Assembly (NCBI GenBank): GCA_001643675.2 | Contig: LSRY02000052.1 | Span: 569,479-633,478, forward strand | Direction of reading: 5' to 3' | DNA from: Monocercomonoides exilis PA203 | Lineage: Eukaryota > Protista > Preaxostyla | Length of the DNA stretch: 64,000 bases | Shown: piece after piece, positions 12,690 to 23,721 of the stretch | Position numbering within the stretch: the first letter of the stretch is position 1 | Layout of the letters: each line of letters starts with the position of its first letter | Position numbers and translations under genes: made by a program | Notes under the pieces: model-generated | The model's database searches: none | What the model was told of the DNA's origin: nothing | What the model saw: the letters and a program-made list of their open reading frames with translations, nothing else

Positions 12690-15234
12690 TTCATTTATAA
12701 TATTGTCTTGTTCTCAAATTCTTTTCTTTTCATTGTTTTTCGACATCATCATCCTCATCAAAGTCTGGATGCACAACGTACTCCTGTGAATATTTAGTTG
12801 TCATTGTTTTTATTGACCGGGTGGAGTATATCTTTTGAATAAGATGAGTTTTGGTTGTTTCACTAATATCTTCATCTGAATCTTCCGTATTATTCAATTT
12901 TCCATAATCTTGTTCGCTATCATTTCTTAATCTTTTTTTCTTTATTTTCTCATTTTTTGAATGTGTTTGTGTGTTTTGTGAAATTTGTGACGAAGATATA
13001 CAGCTGGAGGAATAATATGATTAAGAACTGTTATATACTGATTGACTTTCATCCGAACTACTCGACGAATGTTCATGAGCATGGGATCTTTTATGTTTCA
13101 TTTTGGGAAATAGCTGTTCATCCAAAATGTTATCCTTTCTTTCCTGAGAATCGGAAGGTTCGGTTTCTTCTTCTGAGTGATGAACTTCTCAAATTGTTCC
13201 AATCTGTTTTGGAGGTTGCTCCATCTTTTCAAGTGAATCTTCCGAAGAAACAAACTTTGGAATTTGCTTTGAATACTCTGAATTTGCACAATTGTCGTAT
13301 CCGCCAGAATCAATGAATTTTGTTTGTTTTTTTTTTCATTTGTTATTTATTCTTTTTCTTTCTCAAACAACTGTCAATCTGTCAGAAACTCATGAGCTGT
13401 GATACATTTGCCAGAAATGGACCAACGTTTTGTGCTTCTTGCAGGCTTCACTTCGGGAGAAAGAGAATCAAGAGTTTGATCCACAACATGCGCAGTTGAT
13501 GATGAAGTAACGCCAGCCTCTAAAAAGCCATGTCTTATTGTTTTCGGTGCCAAAGCGTAATAAACACAATCTGCGATTGCTCTGACGAATGGCATGAATT
13601 CTTTTTTCATTTTTTTTAATTGAAGGCTCACTTTTCACTTTTTTGAGTCGGCTTTTTAGTACTGCGTTTGGTCCGAGGTCCAAGGGTTGCAAAATGTGCG
13701 ACGCATGCGCGGGAATAACAACCACATCCACATTTTCAGATGCAAATTGCTAAAAAAGTTGAAGGTTCTGTCTTGACGAATGAACGTCAAAGATGATATG
13801 AGCAGGTGGAATGGGTTCGGTCTCCTCATCGCAGTTTGTCTTGACATTTTTATTTTTTAGGACTCTTTTTGTTTAAGCCTTTTTGTTTCAGTTTCTTCTT
13901 TCAACAACCAATTGATTTCATCGCAATTATCTTCACTTTTCAATAAGCAAGTGGAACAAGAAGCGTCTTCCTCAAAAAAAGAAACAAAATCTTCACAAGA
14001 ATTATAAATTTGTCCATCGAAATCCATTTGTTGTTCAGCAGAAGGCCAAGTGTGTTGAATATGAGAGTGAAAGTTGTCTGAAGTAACTTGTTGAAATTGA
14101 AGCGATTCTCTTTGAACAGAAATCTCACTTTTTGCGGCTGCGAATTCACCAATATAGTAATATGATCTCCGTCATTAGAAGAGATGCCAGTTGTTTTCAC
14201 TGTTTCTGAGATGTGTGAATTATAAAAAAATTCGCAATCATTTGAGTTTTTATTCACATGTGAAGTGATTTGCGATAATTCTGAAATTGCATTTTCTTCA
14301 TTTTGTATCTCTTCATGGCTTTGTATTTTCCTTCTTGACTGAAATGATTGTCTGCTCTCTGTTATTCCATTTTTTGATTTTCTTTTTCATTCTTTCTTTA
14401 AAATATCGTTTTATTCGAATCACGTTTTATCGTTGCTTTCGAATATTTGGCAGCACATTTTTCATCAAAATTTCTTCGAATAAGTTTTTTGTCATGCATC
14501 CTTTGTTTGACGTACGCAATATGAAATTTTCCTCACTCCACTGTTCTTTTATTTCTTTTTCAAATTTGTTGGGAAAGAGAAGATGTGTAGGTAGATGGCA
14601 TCCATCTGCCCTAACAATAAAAAGAAGAGTCAAATGATGAAGCGGAGGAATTTTCAAAGAAGGAACGAATTTACATTTGCTCGAGACAACCCTTTTATTT
14701 TCTCTTTTGTCAGAAGATTGGTAAATTGTTTCATCCAATTGAAAGATCAATGAAGGATGATATTTTTTCTGTTTCATCAAGTTACGCAAGCTCGACAAAA
14801 AAGACAAAACATTACTTTTCAATGAGGCTCTTATGCGTGCATGATCAAGCTTTATTGGATGGATTGTTCTAAGTTGTTTATGTCTGGAAAGAAAACCATA
14901 TACCCAACGCATGCTAGGCATCTCAATATAAACAGCAGATTTTTCAGAACGTTGTTTTCTAATTCTCCAAGCCTTAGTTCATATAAACTTACTGGAAAAA
15001 ACAAAGAAATCAAACTATTCTTGGGATGTCTTTCAATGTTGGTTGAGTCAAAACATCAACCCAATTTAAAAGTATTTCTTCTAGTCTATCTTCTTCCTGT
15101 GACAAATATCTTGGCCTTCCGTTTTTCCCAGCAATTTCTCCTTTTGAAATCATTCGAAGTGCCCTTTGTTGACAATAATAGCTATTTCGTTCAGATTAAT
15201 TGATGTTTATTTTTTCTTTTTTCATATCATCCAT
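12690..15234 (-). pseudogene. pogo/Fot1-like DD35D transposase pseudogene of element B
   Basis: Fragments KNGRPRYLS, PSMRWVYGFLSRH, FQLDET, IIFDVHSSR and PAHASHILQPLDLG (35 aa between D2 and D3). Multiple stops and frameshifts. Confidence 0.85.
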
Positions 15235-15647
15235 TAAAGAAAGTTGAAAAATGTTCTAAAATATTGTTTTTCGATGAAAATTATTTAAAGATATGTGATA
15301 AAACAACCATAACAGAATTTCAAAATAGTAAAATAAATGATTTGAAAATCCATATTCAATTGTTAATAACTTTTGATGGAAATATCAATTACAAAGAAAT
15401 TTTCCTTTCATTTGAACTGAATTGTGCGGGTTTGTGCAAATGTGCGGGTTTATGCGCACATCATATATATTTTTTTAAACTGACGGATGATTGATTAAAT
15501 GATTTGTCAGACCAGACAGGCTTAGTTCACAAAAGCCATTTTTCTTCATAATTAGTGTTTGAAATAAAATTGTTCTGTTCAAAACAAATTTGAATTGAAT
15601 CTTTTAATGTGATTCATTTTTACCAGTATGATCATGAAGCCATAATT

Positions 15648-17908
15648 GGGATATTATTTCATCTTGACCCTTTTTCTTTATTCTGACCCAAAAATGAAGT
15701 GTGAAAAGTTCAAAAAAACAACATAATTAGAAGAATACAAAATCAGAACTAATTCCTCTGATAACTTTCCTTTTTCCTTCACCTCTATTGAATGCATAAT
15801 CTTTCTTTTCATCATCAGAATCATCGTTTTTTACAAGTCGAAATTTTCTTTTTATTTTTTTTTTTATCATCCACAACAGTCTTCACTTCATCTTTCTCCT
15901 TTTCATCCATTTCATTTTTCCTTTCAATATTCATTTTCAAATGATTTTCCCATTTCTCTAAAAGATTTTCGTCGGTTATCACTTTTCCATAAAAGTTGAA
16001 TCTATTTCATCGGGATAGAAGAGGGTAAATCGAAGATTCGGGCAGTTTCAAAAGAACTGGCCCAGAAGAATTGTGCAGAACACCACTGCAGACAAAAGCT
16101 TTCTGAATTACAGAAGGAGATAATGCAGTGTGGATGGCTTGAGGCAGAGCGTCGGAAATTGCTGCTCGTTTGGAGGAAGATGAAGAAGAAGATGGAGCTT
16201 CAAATCTGTTTGTCAGTTCAGATTTGGACACAGCAAACACTCCTCTGTGCAGTGGTTGACAGAGGTGTGTGCTGTGTGGAAAGAAGGTTAAAACGTCGAC
16301 TTGTTGTTTTTGGAATTCTCGCCAGATTGATGGATCTGCGCGAGAAACATGAGAATCAAGAAGGAGAAGAATGTGTTTATTTTCAAGTGACATGCGCTTT
16401 CGTCTTTCGATAATCGAAGGTAGAAGAATCGTAAGAGCATACCTTTTAAAGCACTCGTTGTCCATCCAGCCGCTTCCATTTGCCCAGATCTCAAGCGTTG
16501 GAGATAACAGGCTTTTCAGCTCTTCTGGAAGCTTCACACTTGGCCACAAAATGACAGAAGGAAAGGCATATCCGTCCGCTGCAACAGCTGCCACGAATGT
16601 GGAATTAATCATTCTTGGCGGTTCTTTGGTGAAACCTGCTTTCGTATCTGTAGTATGCACAACAAGCTGTTTTGAGTCTGTGGGAACGCGCGTTGAAGAT
16701 TCGTCGATGTTTGCAATTAAAGCTGGACTGAAACGGTATTTTTCATGCAGCTCGTCGTATGTTTTATACCAGGGTTTAAAAACGCTTCTGCACAAAACAG
16801 CCAGTCTGTTGATGTCCAAATTTTTCTGCGTTCCAGTCTTCAGCTCCGGGTGATGCTTGACAAGGCCATATGCCGTAGACATTGAAACTTCTGTAAATGG
16901 TGCGTCTTCATCATCGTTGTCTTTTTAACGTTTTCCTTCTGAAAAACAAATGATTTTAACATATAAATAAAAATATAACAAACCAATTCACTTGTTTTTT
17001 TAAAAGTCAACATATTCAAGACTTTGCTTCAATGTGAATAATATTTAAAACTCTTTGTTCCTTTTCTCCGACAACTGTTGCAGGTCTGCCAACTTTTCCA
17101 ACCAGCCTTCCTTTTCTCAGCGCTCTAACTGTCTTCTTTATTCCTGTACGGCTGAATTCCTTGGAATTAATAGTATCCATTATGCTAACAACTCCATCGA
17201 CAACGATGTGAGCCATTCGATCCAGCCGACTGTGATAATTCCTGTACTTGCGTGAAGACATTGCTTTCTGTAATTTTTTCTGACCTTTTTATTTTGTTTC
17301 TGTAGATATTTTCATTTTTTTTATAATATTTTTAAGATCATAATAATTTTTTATTTTTTTAATTGAAATTATATGAAAAAAAATCGAAAAATAACATTTT
17401 TAACAAACTGAAGGTTTTATGCCACATGTAACCCTCCAATTCTACACAGAAGTTCAATGAAGGAGCCTAACCCCCCATCTTCCCCCCATGCGAAATTGTG
17501 TTTGTTTCAAAATGTATTTATTTTTATCTATTGAATTCACATATATGGGTGATTATTTTTGAAATCATATTTTTTCGTTCAAAAATTTCGGTTCAAAAAT
17601 TACACTTGAATATATGGAAATAATGACAAAAATGTGAAAAGGCTTATTATTAACATTTTAATCTTTGATTCCGAAAAACCATTTGTTTTAAAAACATTTA
17701 TCATGCTTTTTCACTTTTGAATTAAAATTTTCTTTTATTTATCTGACAATCTCAAAAAACAGACACCCCGAAAAAAGATATGATTTCAAAAATAATCACC
17801 CATGTACTTAAAATTCTTTTCAAATATGAAATTGTGGGAAAAGATACTGATTAAACAAAAAAAAAAGGTCTTGATAAAAAACAAAATGTCAAGATAAAAC
17901 TATGATCC
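15648..17908 (-). mobile_element. pogo/Fot1-like DNA transposon, element A copy 2 (inverted)
   Basis: Reverse complement of 7630-9891. Identical 81-aa and 291-aa ORFs. TA at 17909-17910. Confidence 0.85.
16007..17261 (-). pseudogene. pogo/Fot1-like transposase pseudogene (same translation as 8277-9531)
   Basis: Identical translations in the ORF track, including the QPLH lesion. Confidence 0.85.
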
Positions 17909-18538
17909 TATTTGCAAAAAATATTTAGAACAAAACTGTGATATTTTTTCAAATGCAAAAATTCAGCACAATATTCACAAATTAAAATAATGAATAAAAT
18001 TAAAATAACGAAAATGACTATTTATTTAAAAGAAACATAAACAAATCAGGAAAAAAGTGCAATTATTTCCAAGGAATGAATTATATTTGTTTTGAAAAAT
18101 AAAGTGACAGTTTGAGAACAGATGATGATTCTTTAATTTCAATATTTCCTTTTTGTGAAAGCATGAAAAATTCCATTGAATATATGTTTCTCATTTTTGA
18201 AGATATTGAAAATCATATATTCCATTATAAATGAAAATATTAAAGAAGATACATTTTTTTGTAATCATTTTGGAAGTTTTCAAAGAAAAAATCCGGAACC
18301 AATAAGTTATTTTTTAACCTGTAATTCTTGCAAAATTAGATAAAAATAAATAGATAAAAATTTTCAAGAAATATTATTCAAATCGAAAGTAAAATATTCA
18401 AAAAATTTTCGCTATTTAAAAAACTAAGACAAAATGCAGTTTCTTCAATGGCCTCATCATTGAAATTAATTTGATTGAAACAAATGTGAACTATTTCCAA
18501 TGGAATTTTTAAAAAAGGAAATAAACACATATTGATGT

Positions 18539-20323
18539 TCAAGTCAATGTATCGCTCAACTCATCTCCAATTCCATCAACCCATTTCATCACTTCGTCTG
18601 CCTCAGCCATCAACTCATCGTCCGATTCACTAAAGCTTTTCCTTGTTTTTACATTCCTGAATTGATTTCCAACCATTGATGATGAATTTTTGGTTAGAAG
18701 CTCTTCAAGCTTTATCGAAGATGAATCGTCCTCTGAAACTGGAGGTGTAATAGTTTGAGAGTCCATATCATCAGAAAAACCAACATCTGCGTCTTTTCCA
18801 ATGTCAGCTGTATTAACAGATGGAGAGAATGTGCCATTAAGTTGTTTGGAGTTAATGGGATGAGGAGAGATAGCATTTTTTCGAGATTCAGGAGTAAAGC
18901 GACTGAGCTGTTTGACCTGCTCAAGGGTAGTAATTGAAGTGTGCAGAACTTCTTCTTCAATCTGTTCCCTCATCTCTTGCATGAACTCAATGCGTGATGC
19001 TATTTTTTTCCTTTTCCTGCGCCCGACATTGCTGTTTTCAAACCCTTCCAATTCTTCATCGTTAAGTTCTTGATCCCTTTCTCTATTTAGACGTGCAGCC
19101 TTCTCTGCATCTTTGTGAAATGTGTGTGCTTTTATCCGTTTCGCAGCATCTTTGCATTCTTCGCGTGTGAAACCCCATGTGATTCGCTGTGCTGCTGCAT
19201 TGTGGTTCCCATCGTGTATTTGTGCAAGTGCCGTGAAAAGTGCCTCAGCACTTCTTTTCGAAGGAGAAATAATCCGTTCTTTTGATGAATGTGGCGATCT
19301 GGAAAGAGACGGATTGAGCTTCTCCTCAGAGCTGTGGTGTGGATTCTTTGACGTTGAGTGGAAAATGGGAATACTAAGCGTATGCTTTTGCGGAGGGATA
19401 TATTTATACTCATTAGGATCAAACATATCCTTACTGTGTAAATGAAATAATAATTATAAAAAAAAATATTGCTTGAATTATGATATTTGAAGTGATATAA
19501 AAATAACCTTTTGTCATTAACACTTTGAAATTTACTTATTTTTTGTTTCCGATTTGAAACAATACCTGGTAAAGAAGGCACAATTTTAATTGAACGAGCA
19601 TCACCCCTTTATAAAATAAAACAAAAACAAATCACTTGTTTGATAATAAAAAACAAAATTTAAATACATTCCCAAAGTACGGGAGTATGATGCTTTCACT
19701 TTTACATCGCCAGTTTCTGAAATATCTCCCAAAACAACTGGATCAACATCAGGCTCGCACAAATAAGAAGGTGAAGCACCAATTAAAGTTATAGGTTCAG
19801 GGACGCTGACTAACCTCCATTGATTACTTCGCCCACCAACAAATGCTGGCTGAGAATCACAAGGAATTGAATGAGCTTGTTGTTTTGAATCTGCTGAATT
19901 TGATTCCCACAACACTTGACTAAACTGTCCTAATCCCATCATTTTACTAGATTCTTCAATAAACTTCTCACTTTTTTCAGTTGTAGTTCGACCATCAATC
20001 AAGTAAGAACGAGGAGTTTCAACAAAAACTTTAAAATATATAAATGGAGGAAATACAGTTCCTCCAAAACGAAAACGAACTCTTGCCTCCATAGAACTAT
20101 CAGATAAAAGCATTGCATCCTTTGGAGATAATAGTCTGAGTATATCATTCGTTGAAGCTTCTTCAATCCTTCGAATAGAATCTTTAAGTCTTGTGAAGAT
20201 TTCTCTCGAATATTGATTGCGAAACCATCGTTGAATGGTAGTAGCAGCCTTTACCTGTTTCTGAAAAGATATCACTTCGTCGTCACGATCTTCCACCATG
20301 GAAAACGAAGTTTCTTGATTCAT
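18539..20323 (-). CDS. IQ-motif protein of the CXorf58/C11orf65(MFI) family, 3 exons
   Basis: AATTIQRWFR IQ motif followed by RVRFRFGGTVFPPFIYFKVF, recalled as the CXorf58/C11orf65 signature. Two GT-AG introns (~19608-19668, ~19435-19508) join ORFs 19601-20323 and 18539-19426 in frame. Confidence 0.7.
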
Positions 20324-20529
20324 TTATTTCATAATTAAAACAGATGTGGTACATTTGATCAAAGCTGTTCTGAATAAAACATTGAAAATACGCATTTGTT
20401 TCAAAAGAAGATTATTTGTCATTTCGCTTGATTCTTCTTTGTAAAAAAATTAATTGTGAAAATTGGAAATGACTTCAAGAACATTATTATTGAAACATTA
20501 ATTTCTTTTCTTTACGAAGAGATAATTAT

Positions 20530-21353
20530 TTATTCCTTCTTTGCTTCTTTTCTTGCACGGCGAGCTGCTCTTTGAACAGATATACCTTTTTCGGTCATGA
20601 TCATTTCAATGTGGCATGGTGTTTTATTGAATCCTGTTAAACACAAAGCACAAAAAAAAAATAAAAAAGAAAAAGAAAAAAAATTTTTTTTTGTTTAAAA
20701 AAACATTTTTCAATTTCAAAAAATGAGACAACATACTATTAATTCTACCATGAGCACGATACATTCTTCGGCTATGGATACGAGCCTTGTTAACTTTGAT
20801 GTGAGCAATTGCACAGTTTCTAACATTGAGATTGTTTTTCTGAAAAAAATTCAATTCATAAATATTAATTGACAATTTACAAAAAATAGTGCGAAAAACA
20901 TTAACGGATGCAATACCTTTGCATTGCTTTCACAGTTACGAATAAGTTCAAGGAAAACTCGGCTTGCTTTAACAGGGAAGCCGCTCTGCGACCATTTCCA
21001 TGCTTTTCCCTGTGGATTATGTCCAATGCCGTATTTATAGCGACGGAATGGAACGGCTTCTTTGTGTTGAATAACGTGGCAAAGAAATTGCTTTGCTCTT
21101 TTCAATTTCATGTGACGGAGAACTCCTGCAATTTCTCGTGCTTGCTGTTATCAGAAAAAAGTTTGATATAAATGTTAACAAAGAATAATAAAAAAATTAA
21201 CCTTGAAATGAATGGTTACATCATTTCCTTTTGCTTTTGCAACTGTGATTAAAAATCACATTAAAAATAAAAAATTTCTCGCAAAATTAAAAGAGTTCGA
21301 GAATTTTAACCTTTTTCTTTAACGTTACGGTAATTTACGACGTGAGCCCTCAT
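20530..21353 (-). CDS. RPL17: 60S ribosomal protein L17 (uL22), 5 exons
   Basis: Spliced translation: MRAHVVNY...AKAKGNDVTIHFK...EAVPFRRY...FPVK...NCESNAK...HIKVNKA...RRMYRAHGRIN...PCHIEM. Confidence 0.95.
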
Positions 21354-21443
21354 GAACGAAAAGAGTTTATCTGCTGTTCTGAGTAGTTAAGGAATATTCA
21401 GATCAAAATACCAAAAATTTTCAATCAAATAATTGTATTAAAA

Positions 21444-22295
21444 ATGGAAAAACTTGAGCCTGACGTTGAAAAAATTACTTCAGATATTCTTTTACAATCA
21501 GGCCAATTTGATCCAGATTGCGTCACACATATTTCTTTCTGCAATCGAGGAATCTCTTCAATATCATTTTTGACTCTTTTTGGTAGTCTCGTGCATCTAG
21601 ATTTGTTTGAAACAATAAATTTTGATATCTCAATATTTAATAATAAAAAAAAAATAGATCTTGCAATCAAATTACTTCACTTTCTTCGCTTGTTGTTGTT
21701 CCATGTTTGAAGACTCTAATATTGGATTCTAATCAAATTAGGAAATTAGGCATGTGTTATTGCTTTATTTGAATTCCCTTTTATTCGCCTTTTTTTCCCC
21801 CCAGATGGTATCGAATCATGTACACAACTTGAACGCCTTTCGTTATGTGGAAATCAAATATCCACATTTTCTGATATTTCAATGATCGATTCTTTAACTA
21901 ACCTAACGCATATTTCTTTTTCAGATGAAAAAAGAAGTTTATCATGTCCAATTTGTGCGCTAACAGATTTTGAAAATTTATTAATATCGATGCTTCGAAA
22001 ACTTGTTTCTATTGATGGGAAGCGAATCGCTTTCCGCCAGCTTCCAACAGCTGAAAGTGTTATAGCTTCAATTGATACTCGAAAAGAACAGCCGATTAAG
22101 TCTCAATCATGGATTCGTCCTGGAGGTTTATTTTCATAAAGATTTTTTTCAAACTAAACAGAAAATTTCTTCCAAGCATTTTCATTTAGAACAGATCAAT
22201 TTATGAATCCTTCCACATTTTTAGTAGATTCAATTCAAAGAGCAATGTCTCAAATAAAAAGTTCTGCAATTGATAAAAAGGATGAAGGAAGATGA
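21444..22295 (+). CDS. Leucine-rich-repeat protein (LRRC61-like), 4 exons
   Basis: Spliced LRRs LVHLDLSCNQITSL, LKTLILDSNQIRKL and LERLSLCGNQI, plus an LRR cap (CPIC...LVSIDG). N-terminal ITSDILLQSGQFD recalls LRRC61. Confidence 0.75.
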
Positions 22296-22417
22296 AAACA
22301 TTTCGATTACTGCAATCAACATTGCAATTCATTTGCTGGGAAAAAAAAATCTTAAACTTAATGGAAGATGAAATGTCTTAGAAGAAGAAGATTGAGATGA
22401 AATGTACATTTTCAATT

Positions 22418-22974
22418 TCATTTCTTTGCGAATGTGACCACCATTTTGTGCTGTTCAGAAAGAGGATATCCTTGAAGCGCCTCCAACGCTTTTGTCGCAT
22501 CTGCTTCTGATTCAAATTCAACAAATCCAATGTCTCGTCTCGCGTCAGTCAATCTGACTTCCTTAAATCCAAGGAAGGAAGCAAATAACTTCTGCATGTC
22601 TTCTTCTGTCCTTGTTGGAGGAAGATTCTGAATGAACAGAATAGAATTTGGCGCCCCAACACTTGCGGGCATTGGAACAATTCCGGATGGTGTAGCTGAT
22701 CCAAACAACTTAGATTGCCCAGATATCGAAGAGGATATATTTTCTTGCTTTTTCTTTGCTCTTGCTTCTTCTTGCCCCTCTTTTTCTGCTTTTCTCTCCT
22801 TTCTACGATCCCTCATTACTAAGAAAAAAATATAAATATAATCTTTTGTTTATTTTTTAAAGTGAATAAAAATCAACAAACTTTTAAGTCTGGATAGTTC
22901 TTTGAAAGGTGCAATATCAATTCCTTGACTCTTTAACGTTGCATATGAAGGTCCTTTTGAAAAATTCAGTCTCT

Positions 22975-23028
<54 letters not shown>

Positions 23029-23546
23029 GCACAAAATGACTCATCTTAAAAAACAAAAGAAAGTAATAAAAAACACAAACTACAGGCTTTCCAAAAAGAA
23101 GAGCTCCTTGCATTTCTTGGATGGCTTTTGTTGAATGAGAGACATCAGTAAACACAATGAAAGCTTGACCTCTTCGCTTGAGGCTTGTCATGCAAATAAT
23201 ATCAGCAATTTCTCCAAATCTTGAAAAAAGAGCACGCAATTGTTCCTTCATTTCTGTAAGAATAAATAATTTTTTTCGAAGTGTAATAAAATAATGAAAT
23301 AAGCAGACTATCAGGTTGTATCTTTTCATTCAAATTATTCGCATAAACAGTTTTTGAAGCTATTATTGAGTTTTTCAGAATACGACAAAAGAATTACAAA
23401 ATAAATGTATTGAAAAAATTTAACATACGCTCTAAAAGAGGCGGCGCAATAATTGGTGCAGTCATTATTGGAGCTTGAGGCATAATCATAGGCATGGGTT
23501 GCATGCCAAACGGCATAAACGGCATTTTCATTGGAATTGTTTGCAT
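22418..23546 (-). CDS. SNRPA: U1A/U2B'' snRNP two-RRM protein, multi-exon
   Basis: RRM1 (TVYANNLNEK...LFSRFGEI...KRRGQAFIVF) and RRM2 (PNSILFIQNLP...FKEVRL...DIGFVEF...MVVTFAKK). U1A and U2B'' cannot be separated by eye. Confidence 0.88.
22977..23025 (+). repeat. (AAT)n microsatellite in an intron
   Basis: About 16 perfect TAA units. Confidence 0.95.
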
Positions 23547-23721
23547 TTCACAATTATTTTGATCCACATGAAACTTAATAAAAAAAAACAAATGATTTTT
23601 TGATTCTTCGCTGAAATTATTGTATTGTTTTATATTTTTCAAGAATATTTGACAGATTTATATTTATCGACATGAAAAGTTCAGCCCACATTTTTTATTT
23701 TTTCTTTTTCATTGTGTTTCC

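Larger units (their letters stand above)
10709..15463 (-). mobile_element. pogo/Fot1-like DNA transposon, element B (degraded)
   Basis: Imperfect TIRs TGATGTG...AACCCGCACATTTGCATAAACCCGCACA at 10709-10746 and 15423-15463, each with a tandem AACCCGCACA motif. TA after the right end. Transposase remnants inside. Confidence 0.85.

Noticed and set aside
7630-17908. Alternative genetic code (TAA/TAG = Gln) rescuing the broken transposases
   Set aside because: The 2987-aa and 2001-aa ORFs contain no internal TAA/TAG, conserved genes end in TAA/TAG, and the lesions include TGA and frameshifts.
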